A DNA stretch of 62,881 nucleotides, counting the filler, from Rhabdomonas costata (taxonomy: Eukaryota), in the NCBI GenBank assembly GCA_019059605.1. It is 42 parts of 42 records of this genome, joined end to end, with 100 filler letters (N's around TTAATTAATTAA, not from the genome) between each part and the next. Parts side by side here need not be neighbours in the genome. Positions count along the whole stretch, not along the records: positions 46,494 to 47,892 come from JAHMHO010017065.1; positions 47,993 to 49,391 come from JAHMHO010017066.1; positions 49,492 to 50,886 come from JAHMHO010017067.1; positions 50,987 to 52,385 come from JAHMHO010017068.1; positions 52,486 to 53,886 come from JAHMHO010017069.1; positions 53,987 to 55,385 come from JAHMHO010017070.1; positions 55,486 to 56,884 come from JAHMHO010017071.1; positions 56,985 to 58,383 come from JAHMHO010017072.1; 34 more parts are not named here. One strand, written 5' to 3'. Every line of letters begins with the position of its first letter. Position 1 is the first letter of the stretch. Positions 47,426 through 61,382 of the stretch are shown one piece after another. Both the position numbers and the translations under genes were made by a program. Under the pieces are notes generated by a model. That model ran no database searches and was not told the origin of the DNA. It saw only the letters and a list, made by a program, of their open reading frames with translations.

Positions 47426-50119
47426 CTGGTTGCGTAGGGAGGTGGGTGAGGTGTGCGTCAGCGCTTATCCGACGCAAAGCAAAACAAAAAGAACAGAGAA
47501 TTCGACGAGGAGTGCATGAAAACACTCTCTCACACAAGGCATAAAAGAACAGAAAGGGGTGGAAAGCAATGGAGAAGTGTGGGGATGACGTGGATACGAC
47601 AATAAAGAAGAATGGAAGGTTCGCTGCTCGGGCGTGTAGGTGTGTGGGTGCGCGCGCACGGTTTCGTAATTGACTGTGATGCGTGAGAGGGGGTGAATCG
47701 AATTCCAAGGAGAAGCAGTGCATTTCCTCGAACTCGTCAGTTTATTCGTTCCAATGTCTCTGAATGAATGAAGGTTCACAAATGAGTGAGTTGTGAACAC
47801 AAACTATCCAGTGGAATCACAGGACCACAGGATCACAGGCATAAGTATCCACATGGCCCCCCCCTCAGGAGTATCCACAGTCAATTACAAAANNNNNNNN
47901 NNNNNNNNNNNNNNNNNNNNNNNNNNNNNNNNNNNNTTAATTAATTAANNNNNNNNNNNNNNNNNNNNNNNNNNNNNNNNNNNNNNNNNNNNAGCGCAAT
48001 CCTGGGGCAAGGCCCCGGCAAAGGTTTCCCAATATTTATCTGCTTAAACGTTTCACCTTGCCGCTCTAAATATTTCCAAGGTTTATCCGATGAGATGCTT
48101 GCGTAGCAGAGAGAGGTTAGGACTTTCTGGGCATCCTGAACTTGCCGAACTTGACATGGTCAACAAACAATCTATCGTGGGTGCAAAATCCATCAATTAA
48201 ACCTGGTATGTCCTTTGGGGTCCTTGCCTATCTCCGTGTTACCTATCACATTTGTGGATGCACTGAAGTGCTGAAAAATGGAGAAACAGTTCATCTGACA
48301 ATGGTGACAGGCTAATGGGGAATCATCTGGATTTGCCTCACCCCTCATTTCAGTACTACAACGTTGTATCAACTTCCCTGCCGTGCTCGCGGTTTTGTGA
48401 CCATGTGTGTGCGGGGTGGTCCTTCAACAGCCCAAAGTACCTCGCACCCGCCCCAGGGCTTCCTCCTTGGTAAGCTCTGCGACCCCAACTCGGGAGCGCC
48501 GCTCGTCCTTCCGGGTGGCGAGAGTGGTCGTACCTGGACTCGCAGCCGAGCCCGAAGGACCGGCGGACAACTGCACAGCTGAGACTCTGAGATGATTCCA
48601 GCCCCTGTTTTTTTTTCTTTTTTCGTGAAGCATCCACCGTTGTACTAATACTGAAGACCCGCGCAGCACTCGTATCCCTGCACTCTCGCGGGGAGTGTCA
48701 GGCTATTGAAACTGGATGAGACGCAGTGTTTTGTCCGCCGAGGCTGGCTGCACGTGATGTGTTTTATTGATGTGAATGTCGTCCTTCTTCCTGTTTTTCA
48801 CCTGAAGGTGCAAGGCTGTCCTGCGGGGTTTGTGGATCTTCGTTCAGTAGTTTTAGCGCAAGACTTTGATAGCGGTTTGGTATTTTATGGCGCAGCACCA
48901 AAAGTTCGAAAAGTATGATTATGGTGTCCCCAAGAAACGTCCAGCCTATCTCGCTCATGTGGAAGTTGAGACATTCTCGTTCACGCACGTTTGAGATCCC
49001 ATCCCGATTCATCCTCTGGGCAGTATGCCAGCCCTTTTCCACTCAACCCTTGCCCCAGCGTCCCCCACCGGCCGCGCCGCGGGCTGGCGTCCGTCCCTCA
49101 TCTAATGCTGTCTCACGCGTCCACCAAAGGCTGGAAACGGTCTTGTCCTCAGCCAACAGTATGTGCAATCGCCGCTCAAAACTCGGTAATGCAAAAGGAA
49201 GCCTATTATGGCTCGTTGTCACAGTTAACCTTACCGCTTTATAAGAGCGAAATGCGTTTTTCAGTCTGTTTTCTGTCAACACGGTAACACGGCCAACACC
49301 TTGAAGGCCGATTTGCGGAGATTGCCTTAGTAGTTCTTAACAGTCTATTAGTCGTCCTCGGCAGCCCCTCCACCCCACCCACACCACCACANNNNNNNNN
49401 NNNNNNNNNNNNNNNNNNNNNNNNNNNNNNNNNNNTTAATTAATTAANNNNNNNNNNNNNNNNNNNNNNNNNNNNNNNNNNNNNNNNNNNNATTGAGGGG
49501 ATTGTGTTTGAGGCCTGATGGCTGAGGACCAGCTTTTTGCTGGGTTTTGGTGGACAAGTGGGACAAGAGGCAGGCTGAGGGAAGACCTTTTTGTGAGGTA
49601 TTTCGTATGATTCTCTTATAACCAGGGTTGCAACGCCAACAAGTCTCCGGGTATGTCCCAGGAGGCAAGGTGTCAGCGTCCTCGGGGCAGGCAAACAGCA
49701 AGCATCTGCAACGTCCGGAACACACAAAAATGCAAAGTGAAGGGAAGGGGAGTGGAGTAACTTTTGGTGCGAAAAGTGGGAGATGGGGAAAGGGGGCTAC
49801 CGCATTTTGACAGAAATGATCCAGTGGAAAAGGTAGCTGTCAGAATAGGGATAAGCGAGACCCCTATCTTTGTTTACATTAGCTGTGTTTCAACCCGTAC
49901 GGTGCTTCAATTTGAACTCATTGCAGACCCATTGCACATCAGCATCGTTGGTGCCGGGCACTCTGTTTCTGAGCCAACCACTGGGGCATTGAGTTACAAC
50001 GTCCACTGCACGAACCCACCCTTTTTCGAAACCCATGCAGTCTTCTTCGCGGCACCCTTGGTCTTGGTGGCTCTCTGCCTTTCAAGTCCTTATCGCAACC
50101 TCCTCTTCGATTTCCTCAG

Positions 50120-50288
50120 ACCGCTATCCTGTTGCTGGCGCTGGGGCTGTACGCGGGGCTGGAGACCCGCCGCAACTACGGCTTTACGCACAGCGGTTGG
50201 CACGTCAGCGTCGCAGTGTCGCTGTGGCTGTGGCTGCTGGCGGTGCCCCCGAGACACCCCCGGGGCCCTGCACAGCCCTACACCCCGC
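50120..50288 (+). CDS. TMEM8/PGAP6/myomaker-family (DUF3522) membrane protein exon
   Basis: LLALGLYAGLETRRNYGFTHSGWHVSVAVSLW fits the ET..NY...HS.WH signature. Confidence 0.75.
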
Positions 50289-51749
50289 GTATGTGTGCCT
50301 GTATGTGCGGTTGTGTTGATGCGGATCTGATCTTTCTCTTTCTAGGTGTTCTGATGATGCCTGTGTTCTGCCACTGCCAATGCAAAAGGAGCAAAGTGTG
50401 TGCGAAACCCTTCTAAAGCACTAAAGCACGAAGCACTCTTCTGCACAAGTGGGCATGTCTCCGCAGTGTCCATACCTCAATGTTGTAGGGAAGGATGGAG
50501 TTTCAATTTTTACGACGGCTTGCCGTTTCTCCTGAGGAGCCAGGGCTCGGTGGGCACCATTTTGCAGACCCTTGCAGACCCGCCGTCCTCCTTTGCATTG
50601 AAGAAGCAAAGAATCTATCAAACAAGTCGCGGTTCCCTACCCCATTTTCTTCCCTGGATTCTGCAACACAACTGAAAAGTGAGGAAGCTGTGTAGATTTA
50701 ACGGACACTTCCCCGTCGGCCGTGTGCAGCAGCATCCGTGTCCCTTGCATCCTTGGTCTTTCTGCAGTGCATTCGGCGAGCACGTTGTGCTCAGAGGTTG
50801 AGGAGGGTGCCACCCCATTGGCGGCCCATCCCTCTCCCGGCTCCGCCGTGGTTCTTGTTCACCAAACCCCCAAACACACCCACCACNNNNNNNNNNNNNN
50901 NNNNNNNNNNNNNNNNNNNNNNNNNNNNNNTTAATTAATTAANNNNNNNNNNNNNNNNNNNNNNNNNNNNNNNNNNNNNNNNNNNNGTTGTTGTGTCCGC
51001 TTTTGCCACAATACCGTCGCCATCAGATGCAAAAGTGGTTGAAGCTGTTTTGCTTGTCAGTAGAACCAAATCTGGAATACCGCCTGTGGCAGTTTTGTGT
51101 GTGTGCACAAGTTATAAAGAGCAGAAATTCAAACGAAGATGAGTGTAGATCACATATGCATCTAGCTCAGGTTTCAGTTGTTCACGATCATGCCTGTGTT
51201 CGACTTGGAATCGGCTGCCTCTCCCTATGTCTGCACGTATCAGGGTGTGGTGCGAGTGTTCCAGAGTTGCCCACTGCGGTCACCGGCCAAGAAGCAGTGC
51301 GTGACCTTTCTTAAGGACTTCCTGGTGCGTCATGACTTTATATTTTTTTATATTTTGGTGACTTTTTTTTCTTAGATGCGTCTTACGTACGTAGTACATG
51401 CCTTTCCTCTCTCAACGCTACATTTGGGTGAGGTTTGTGCTACTTCTGTTGCGAGGGGAAAGAGTCAGCTGGATCGTTGCACTCCCAGAAATGGGTCGAG
51501 GCCAACGAGGAGAGCACCAGCAGAAGAAGAGCAACGCCACTGATTCCACTTGAACTCAACGGGTGGCATCGGAGAGTGCAGGACGGATCAGCCTTGGGGG
51601 ATACGAAATGAACTTAATATAATGGGAGGTTAAATTTTTTCAGAAAAATATGGTTGCTTCGGATCGAGCTTTGAAATTCCATTTAGATTAAACGTGACCA
51701 GTACGGGTCCGCTTTGTATGGGGTGGCGTGTGGGTGAAGGTGAGCAATT

Positions 51750-52364
51750 GGGCCACCCGGCCCCGCTGGGCTATGGCCGTGCTGCGGCCCTTCTGCGAGT
51801 ACCTCCCCAGACTGCTGTGGGAGACCCGGGCGGTGGGCGGGCAGGAGACTTTCCAGATGCAGGAGGTCGTAGCTTGCCTCCCACCGCCCCTATTTCGCTT
51901 TTTTGATGGTGTCACGCCTCTTAGCCTTTCGGTGGTTGCGGATCGAGCCTAATAAAAGTAATCATTGTCAGCCACGCCTTCCTGAGATTGCTCTCTCACT
52001 TCCATATTACTGCTGGGCCCTCTACCGCTCCCTTTTCAACCCATGATTTGCTGGGAGGGCTTTTTTGCACGTTCTGCTTCTATTTTTTCCTCCGCGTTTT
52101 CTGTGTTATGCTCTTTCCTTGCGCTTTCTTTGCTTTCCAAAAAGGACCTTGTGACAATTATACGCATCCTGCTGATCCTTCGTGGCCAGGCCGATGCGAC
52201 CGCCAAGGAGCTCGTGGTGGAGGTAGTGCTGCAGGGTGCACTGGTGAAGGCCTTGTGGTGGGCCACGGTGGCGCCGGCATCCGCGAAGACAACGGTGGAG
52301 GCGGAAGCAAAGGGAAAGAAGCGCAAGCTGCGCAGGAGCCTGGGAGCAGAAAAAGCTGCCCCTG
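51750..52364 (+). CDS. Probable exons of an unidentified protein
   Basis: Coding-like segments AVLRPFCEYLPRLLWE...; DLVTIIRILLILRGQ...KGKKRKLRR, with splice-like ends. Confidence 0.4.
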
Positions 52365-52868
52365 GTATCACAGCACAAAAACACCNNNNNNNNNNNNNNN
52401 NNNNNNNNNNNNNNNNNNNNNNNNNNNNNTTAATTAATTAANNNNNNNNNNNNNNNNNNNNNNNNNNNNNNNNNNNNNNNNNNNNGGTTGTTGTGGGATG
52501 CCTTCCCACAGTGCGCAACCGATGCGGCGATGTCGAGAGACTGTACATAGCATCAGGTACTCCCGTGTTGCGCGCCTGCGGCGTCGTGGGGTCCCTACGG
52601 GTGCGATTGTGTCCTTTTGTGTTTCTACGGGTGTGATTGGGGCCTTGTTTGTTTGGGAAATGGAGATGAGTTAAATGTGGCGATCGGATGATTGCTTGAG
52701 AAGGACATGGATTGTCCAAGAATTGTCCAAAAAGCTGTCACTCTTGCAAAAGAATTCTTCCGCCTTTGTACCTGCCTTCTGGGTAACTTTACTGAACGCG
52801 GTCTTCTCGATCCACAGCCTTTCGCCTCCTTGAAGCAGCCTCTATTGCTTTGTTTCCTGTGGGGGGAG

Positions 52869-52950
52869 GGGATGGCTTTTGAGAGCTTTGATAAGGATGG
52901 TGACGGGCGCATTTCCCCTGAAGACCTGAAGCTAGCGGCGGAGGAGCAGG
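52869..52950 (+). CDS. EF-hand exon (calmodulin/centrin-like)
   Basis: MAFESFDKDGDGRISPEDLKLAAEEQ, a canonical DxDxDG loop followed by a GT donor. Confidence 0.75.
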
Positions 52951-55900
52951 GTGCGTTCGGTCAGTTCTTATCTCTTTTTTTTTTTGCTTTACTCTATGCC
53001 CCGTGTGAGACACCAGCAGACTGATCTGTCGGCATATAAATGGCCCCTATTTTCGATGTTTTTGCTCACGAAAGCGCACAGGCAGTGGCAGTTCGGTAGC
53101 GAACCTTTTTTTTTTTGAAGAGAATGAGATGAGCTGTTTAAATAATTATCGAATTATCGAGACCCCCTCCCCTCCTTTTCCAGAAGCAACGGAACACCCC
53201 GACTTGATTTTGCAATGACTTTGGACCGCCAGAACAGAACCAGGTTACTCTCTCACTCTCACACGCTGCCTGGCCGGGTCACCAGAAGCGTGCCTACAAG
53301 GCTGCCGTGCGGTGGTGCGGTGGTCCGGTGATGGCAGTGTCCCAATATATCCCAATATTTGTATCTCTCGATCGTTGTGTTCGCGGAAGTAGAAAGTCAG
53401 GACGGTGACGAATAGTTGCGAGTTTTCTGGCAGGCTGCACAATGTGCACCGATAAAAAAATTGTCTTGTCCACGTCGGCATGAAACGCGTGTATTCTCCA
53501 ACTATGGTCACGTTGCAAGTTAGTGCGCAAGCTTCAGACGCACAGAAATTGGAGCCCTCCGTGGTGTCAAATGGTTGTCACTTTTGGAATCTGTCTGTCT
53601 GGAGATGCACAAGTGACGTTTTCTCGTGCTGTACCCGCGTCGCCCGCATGCCAAGGAAGCACTTTGCGGCACTTCAGAACGTGCATATCAGCCGCCGCCA
53701 ACGCATTATAAGCCGACAAATCAAACAAGGGAAAAATGGAAAGAATTTTGCACCGTGTGATCTGCGCGACTTGTATCCTTGCTAAGCGTATGGATTTCCG
53801 ATGTTCTTCTCAGGATGGGACTGGGCAGACGCCCCGGTGTACGCTGCCCTCCACAACCTCGCCACAGATGCCCGCCCGCTGAACCCNNNNNNNNNNNNNN
53901 NNNNNNNNNNNNNNNNNNNNNNNNNNNNNNTTAATTAATTAANNNNNNNNNNNNNNNNNNNNNNNNNNNNNNNNNNNNNNNNNNNNGTTGATGAAGTACA
54001 AAGTGTGACACTAGCGAGTGCAGCGTCTCGAGCCTAGTGAAGAATACTATTTTTGTTTCTTAATGTTTACATATGTTTCATATAATCTGCAGGTTGTGTA
54101 TTTTCGCTCGCACATTTATCTACACCTTCTAAAGCGATGTGTGGTTCCAACTCATGGTTTGCCTTTGGTCACAACTTCCCACCGATTTGCAAGTGTAAGG
54201 AAAACTCCGGTGCATATTTGATACACTGTGATTTTCCCACATCTAAATTCTCTGCTACCACCTGTACCAAAGTTCATGTAGTACTAATGGCCACTTTTTT
54301 GCAAGTGCAAGTGTATGTGAACATCTTTCAATTACCTGCTACTACCTGTCACGAATAGCAGGTTATATTTTTCCGCGTTTCTTAGCTATTATGTAGGCTT
54401 GTAAAAACTACGCGTCTACCATATGTAACTTGTAGCAATAAACCAAAACTTCCACGCAACACATTGTGTCAGAATTAGCAGATTGCTGTTACAAATTGCT
54501 TGAATTTTGCGACTTGCACGCGCCCACTCTATTTTCTCTACTCAGGGGTCAGTCACGACAAATAATTAGACTCTGCGTTCTCTTTCAACCAATATAAGTG
54601 ACAATAATGTTATTCCACATGGTTTCCAATGCTTTTGCTGAGGTCATTGCACAGCCTTGCAGAGACCACTTTACTTGCAGATGTCCGAGACTTGTTACTT
54701 TTGGTCTATAATCTCGTCGCAACCTGTCACTTTATCACACTTTTTTCTCTTATGAGACTATTCTAATTTATAGCGCACACTGCGGTGAATCAATATCAGA
54801 AATTTTTGTTTTTATATTTGAGTTGTATTGGTGACGTTATCGTGGCCCCAATGTCTCTTGTTTGATTTACAGAACAATCACTTGAGGCCACGACAATGCA
54901 AGTATTGACTCATGGTTCACGTCGTCCACCTGTATCAAGCCCATGCTGAAGTGGCTTGGCCTTGCGTATCAGCAGTGATTTACGTGTGAAGCGTGTTTTG
55001 CAACATCTGGTAGCATAATGGCTCATGTCTTGCGGCCTGTCTCTCTCCGTAGGTGTCCGTTGGCGGCGCCCCAGTCAAAGAACATAGCGTGTGGTATGGC
55101 AAACAACTTTCTCCCAGTGGCTTGGTGTACACCACATGAGTGGACATAAAAAGGTGGATAGTTTCACGGACACTGCGTGCAACTAAAAATCAGACATGGC
55201 CGGTCTTACGTCTGAGTTTTGAACGCGAAGTTGCATGTTCAATTCTTATACACTAACACGGAGCCAATTACAACGCAAGTGGCACGTCTTGGCTTCTGTT
55301 TCCACAAAAAATGCAACGGTGCCGTGATGACCATCTTGCGAGTATTTACGTGCGTACTTAACCATTCATTACACCATCCGAGTGCNNNNNNNNNNNNNNN
55401 NNNNNNNNNNNNNNNNNNNNNNNNNNNNNTTAATTAATTAANNNNNNNNNNNNNNNNNNNNNNNNNNNNNNNNNNNNNNNNNNNNACATCATCCTCAGTC
55501 TCCCATCCACCACGGAGGCATGAACGCACTCAGTGGACTGAGGGTTCATAAATTTATGGAGTATGCGTCAGACCGCAAGCAACAAGCTCATATTGCGGTT
55601 CTAGTTGTTTTCAACTTCGCGGCGTGAAGTATAGTTGTGTCCGTGTGTATTTTGTTGGTTTTTCCGTTGTTTGTGCGCGTTTTGCGGACGAATCCGCCTT
55701 GTTTGATGCGTTGCAGGGAATTTAAATGGCACTTCCTTACGGTAACCTCTCTGAACCAACCCCTGGCCCCTTCAGGCGCCCCATTGCCGGATACCGGCTC
55801 AAACACTGAATTTGTACGACGCCATTTTGACACGCCTAATTGTTTCTCCTCCGTTAGGCTTTTTCAGCCCAAAGAAGAAGCGCATTTGAAAAGGCAACTT

Positions 55901-57887
55901 GGCCAGCAGAATTTTGCATTATACTTCACCTCTACCCGAAGATCAAGAATGCAAAGATGACCAAAACTTCAACATGAGAAGTGGGTGGGCAGCAGTTGGA
56001 CAAAAATGGCCCATAATTACAAAGAATCTTGAAGCCCGGATTTCCTCCGTATAACCTTGCTGCATACACCATTCCTCACGTACGTGATTCCGAACGTACA
56101 TAATCGTGCACAGCCATATGTAGCGCGCAATTTTTTCTCTCAAAAACCCAGTCACGCTGCAGCATGCGCCGTGTAGTTCTACTAAAAGCGAATCATGCTC
56201 TTTGAGTATTGCTTTGTGCTTCAGCAGATGCATGTGCAGTGTTGTATTTGAATGAGTTTCTACGGTAAATATAAGATATGAGTCACACGCCGCTGACGAC
56301 AAAGAAATAGATAACTGTTCTTAGACTCTGTTTCACCTAACTGGCAAAATGCCTCATCCGTATTTACCAAATAAGAAATTTAGAGGCTTGGAACAGTATG
56401 GTGTCAATTACAGTGCTTCCTTTTCCGAAATTACAAAAATATAAATATTCGAATAACAGGCCGTATTCAATGAAACTTTTTCTCAGCAAGCTTAACGCTG
56501 TCATTTAGAGACGCACAGTTTGCACAATGATGCGCATTAATCTTGCAAACGTTTCGGTAGTAAAAGCATTTAGCAGCTCATATAAGCTCATATATAGAGC
56601 TTGCGCTTTTTACGTGCACGTTTTGGCGCACTTAGAGCTCCTAAGTACTGACTTTCCATTACTGCACGTTGCTATTTGTTTCAAAAATGACAGCTTAACC
56701 AAGACCTCGTATACTACACGACAGTGTGCACGTATATGGAGTCATTCAATTTTGTTGAACCGCACGTTGCTGATCAGCTAGCCCTGTAGCTAATATATTG
56801 TCATCAGTTTTGGAGGTTTTAAACTCTACTTCAGTATTACTGCCATATTACTGTGCAATACCAAAAACACAAACACACCACACANNNNNNNNNNNNNNNN
56901 NNNNNNNNNNNNNNNNNNNNNNNNNNNNTTAATTAATTAANNNNNNNNNNNNNNNNNNNNNNNNNNNNNNNNNNNNNNNNNNNNGGGGTGTTGGGCACAG
57001 TCTTTGGATACTCTCGAACGGGCAGGAACGGCTTTTTTCACTCTGTTTAAGATGGACCTTCAGTAGCTCTCCTCTTGCCTTGCTCACTTGTTAACTTGTT
57101 GAATTGCCACCAGAGGTCACTTTCTTTCAAAAAAAGACTTGTCTTTTTCTCTTTTCGGATGATGCGCCTTGTGCTCCCTTCTACACCATTCCACGTGCTT
57201 TTGTACATAGTCCGCAGCCCCTCTTTTACGCTGCATTACTGTGAAGGATGATGTTCCATACACGTATAGACTCGATTTTCATCAACTCGTAGCCGGAGGA
57301 GTCAATGGTATGGTAGTCCTGCGTCATCCGATACACAGGTTGACATAGGGTGATATATAGGCTGAGATAAGGCCCAACCACTGCTTCTTGTTCATCTGTT
57401 TGTGTCGTTTAATTGCCAGAGTTTGGGTCTGTGTACCTACCACAAGATTTTGGGCTCAGCTGACGTTCAGAGAGGAAACAGAAAACGTGACGGAACTGCC
57501 TGAGAATGTTTGATATTTTACGAAAGGTTGGGGGTAAACGGTCTCAACGTCCTTGAAAGGTGTATATTTCGGGAAACGTGGGCGAAGTTCTCCCATGGAA
57601 AAAAACAGAAAACGCCCTCGGAAGACGCGAAATAAAGGCTCAAATTGGGCCTACTTTCTACGAAAACGTTGCCCCATGCTCAAAATGCCATAGCAACACA
57701 CAGCACACCAACAAACATCCGTCACCACAAAACTGGCGAAAGTGGATCCCTCTTCGAGCGCTCGCGGTCAGAGCCGGGGCACAATTACTTACAAAGGATG
57801 CAAAAAAAAAGTGAAAGTCCGAAATTTGTACTAGAGAAAATAGTGCAGTTGCAGGGAACGGTCGAGCTGACAGCTGACGCAGACTTA

Positions 57888-58280
57888 TTACTCAACCTCG
57901 ATCTTCTTTTCATCTTCTCCGTCGCTCTCCTCGCTGTCGTCTTCCTCGTCGCCGTCCTCGTCCTTACTGCCTTCCTCCTCCTCGCTGTCCTCTTCTTTTG
58001 AAGCCCGTCCTGTCCCGACGGCTTCTTCGTCATCATCTACCACAGCCGCTGCTCCACGCCGGGCATTGCCTGAGGTGGAGCTTCGGCAGTTGGGGCAGAA
58101 CCACTGCCCCTCCGGCACAGCCGTGAGTGCGGGACGCAGACAGTACATATGAAACCCCCGGTCGCAAGTGTCGCACAGCAGGAGCTGCTCTGGGTTGGCC
58201 CCGTTGCGGCAGATCTCGCAACCATCACCGCCACCGGTATGCTCCCCCTCTCCCTCCGGGCAGGGCGCCTCAGCGGAAAC
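57888..58280 (-). CDS. PHD-finger protein exon followed by an acidic tract
   Basis: CEICRNGANPEQLLLCDTCDRGFHMYCLRPALTAVPEGQWFCPNC (C4HC3). Confidence 0.92.
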   Translation of the reverse strand, partial: VSAEAPCPEGEGEHTGGGDGCEICRNGANPEQLLLCDTCDRGFHMYCLRPALTAVPEGQWFCPNCRSSTSGNARRGAAAVVDDDEEAVGTGRASKEEDSEEEEGSKDEDGDEEDDSEESDGEDEKKIEVE

Positions 58281-58821
58281 CTTCCAAACAGGCATAAGGA
58301 ACAGGGGCAGTGCATTTGGAGTGCAGAAATCATTCACACATTCCATAAATATGTGCGCTGCATTATTTACCCTGCCCCCCCCCNNNNNNNNNNNNNNNNN
58401 NNNNNNNNNNNNNNNNNNNNNNNNNNNTTAATTAATTAANNNNNNNNNNNNNNNNNNNNNNNNNNNNNNNNNNNNNNNNNNNNCGCTGGGGGGGGGGGGG
58501 GGGGCAGAGTGTGGTATCTGACCTTGAAATCGCATGGGGATAACTATCGCGGTGCGGATGCAAAGCTGGACACGGAAACACGGCGGGGGCCGTCGTGGAA
58601 TGGAGCAATGTGGACTCTCACTTCACACATACACACTGCACCACTGCACATCCATCTCGCACGGGATCGCAACAGTAGGCCCCAACAAAGTACGGGTATA
58701 GTAGCATAATTTTGTGTGTGATAATTCGCCATCGCTGGGAGGAACTATTGCTGTTTGCTCCCTGTTAACAGCGCAATACATGGCTGCACTAATACCCCGC
58801 CTCAGTCTGAACCCTTCTTAG

Positions 58822-59789
58822 GCTTCGGTGCCCCGTGGAGTTCGTTAGCTTTGACTGCTACCACCGGTGGCCTCTGGTTCGGGTAGAGTTCCGGCAGGGT
58901 GAGGCGATGGCCCGCAGCCAGCTCCAGAGAGACCCGGATGTGGTGGGGCAGGTGCGGGCTGTGGAGGAGCTGGCTCGGGGCCCGGCAACCGTGGAGAGCT
59001 TCCGACTGCTGCACTCCGTCCTCCGAGATAAGGTGCGCGGCGAGGGGCCACCCGTACAAAAATATTGGAATGCACTTCAGTAGTGCTGCTTTTTCGGGGA
59101 TGTCCTGACGTTGCGTCAGGTTTGTGTGTGAAAGTTGTGTCACCCAACAACCGGGCTGAGTTTTTAGCTCACTCCTTTGCTCTCCGAATGCTCTGCAACT
59201 TGCCGGGAGTACTGTATGTTGCCTGCCTTAGTCTGGAACGTAAAAACCTGCTGCAACTGACAAATCTGAGTCAGTGCATATTCTTATTAACCCAGATGAG
59301 CTGTCAGTGGGCTGCCCTCTCCCGTTCCATGTTCCGTGCCACCGAACCCACTGGAATTCACTCACATGGGACCTGTGGTACATTTCCCACAATGGCACCT
59401 TGGTACGTTTGCGCGACAAGAACGAGTCTCATCAGGCACTGTTGCACTGGCTTTCGCCGGTGTGCGGCGGGTGGGGTACTGTCGTATGGCTATTTTATGT
59501 TGTAGTTGCAAACCTTCCGTTTTTTCGCTTTCAGGATTACCACCCCACCGTCCGCGTGGCAGCCGCCCGCGCCATAGCGGCCTTTCGACCAACTCCGCAG
59601 CCGCAGCCCGGGCCTTCCTCGCTGGAGCCCCTTGTGGGCAGCAGTGGGGGCGGGTCCAAGGTGGTGCTGCCCTTCCCCGCGCTGCAGGGGTACTTCCAGG
59701 GGCTGTTTTTCAACACGCGGGACCCCCCCGGTGGAGGCTATCTGCTGCCCAACCACTTCGAGAACTACGCCCTGTACCGCCTAAAGCTG
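58822..59789 (+). CDS. TAF2: TFIID subunit 2 (TAF2)-like; exons 58822-59032 and 59535-59789
   Basis: VEFRQGEAMARSQLQRDPDVVGQVRAVEEL...|DYHPTVRVAAARAIA...LPNHFENYALYRLK fits TAF2 Q...M...QL..+RDVVAQ...VR..A...N.F.....Y. Confidence 0.78.
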
Positions 59790-59982
59790 GTCCCCGCCCG
59801 CCGTCCTCTCATTGTCTTTGTCTGTCCAGCAGTACGGTTTCCGGAAAGCGGGTGCCCTCCTCCTCTCTCTCCACCCAAAAACNNNNNNNNNNNNNNNNNN
59901 NNNNNNNNNNNNNNNNNNNNNNNNNNTTAATTAATTAANNNNNNNNNNNNNNNNNNNNNNNNNNNNNNNNNNNNNNNNNNNN

Positions 59983-61382
59983 GTTTCTGGTACAACACCC
60001 TCAATGCCTCCACATTGGCATCCAACGTATCCGTGTTGACCAAAATGTCATCCACATACGCCCATGTCATCTCTCTCAAGTCTTCTAAAATGAAATCCAT
60101 TGTTCTCTGGAACGTGGATGGGGCATCACACAACCCAAAGGGCATGACTCTGAATTTGAACGAACCGTACCTCGTCTTGAATGCCGTCCTCTACACATGC
60201 TCTGGGTGAATGCGGATCTGATGAAATCCAGCATGCAAATACAGCTCCTAGAACCACTTCGCCTTTCCCGCGTGACCAATCATTTTGTCAATTCGTGGTA
60301 AAGGGTACGCATCTGTAACCGCAATTGCATTCAACGGTCTGTAATCAACACACAGCCGCAACTTACCGTTGGTTTTTGGAACAAAAAGCACACCTGCACC
60401 ATAAGGCGAGGTTGCTGGCTCTATAAAACCAAGCTCCTTGAGACTCTTCAGTTGCTTCAGCAATTCCTCATCTTCCGCAGGGGACATTCGGTACAGCCTC
60501 TGGGATGGTACCTTACTGTCAGGCTTCAAATCAATCCTGTGGTCAGTCCTCCTTGAAGGGGGTAACCCTCCGGGAACTGACGCTGGAAAGATGTGCGCAA
60601 ATTATCAATTGAGCCTCTGAATCTCTGGAGTTGTTGGTAACACCGCACAAGGGGGGCCACAAATTCTGTGGTCCACCTCTTTGATCAAATTTTCTTCCTC
60701 CTTTCGAGGCGAATCTCGCAACTTTCTTTTGACCTTCCACTTAGGCTCCTGAGCCCTAGCTATGGCTGGCTGGTCTTGCTTGGTTGGAACAACCTCTTCC
60801 ACCTCCAGTGCAGAAACCACGACCTGTGTATGGGACTGTGGATTTGTTTCCGCACCGTGTGGAATGGTCTCCAAAAAGACTCCAACACTCTGGACGTTGG
60901 GACTGCTTGGGACGTCGCCTCCACCCCCCCCTGATATTACGAGCTCGATGGGTAAAGACATCTGAACGTTCTGCGGTGGAGCAATCAACGGGTTCACCGG
61001 GGCAACTTCCCCTTGATCTGCCTCCAACATTCCTGTGGTGGGGCATGTGATTCGAAATGACTCCACCACTGGAAGCGCCTGGATGTCGTACATTCTTCCT
61101 CCTCTCCACACATTGACATTTCTGCGCTTCCAGTCAATCTGCGGTTGCAGCCTCGTTAAAAATGGATAGCTCAGCACCACTGGGATTGCAGTTTTGATCG
61201 CTCTCAAAAACAATTTTATCGGCATGGTACCCAACCTTCCGACAACTCGGACGAAGTGCGTCACGGGAAGTTCTTCCCCGTTCGCAACGCTCACTGTAAG
61301 CTTCTGCTGCAACGGGTACCTTTGCAAACGAAATCTCTGGAACAACTCCTGACTTGTAAACGAGTCTGAAGCTCCAGAGTCC
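59983..61382 (-). mobile_element. Ty3/gypsy LTR retrotransposon pol (aspartic protease + RT) with stops and a frameshift
   Basis: DSGAS...VSVANG...IDW; SPYGAGVLFVPK...LRLCVDYRPLN...YPLPRID; MPFGLCDAPSTFQR...YVDDIL. Confidence 0.95.

Noticed and set aside
53987-56884. Two AT-richer contigs as a possible second organism or virus
   Set aside because: I found no recognisable gene or motif, and they are compatible with host intronic or intergenic DNA.
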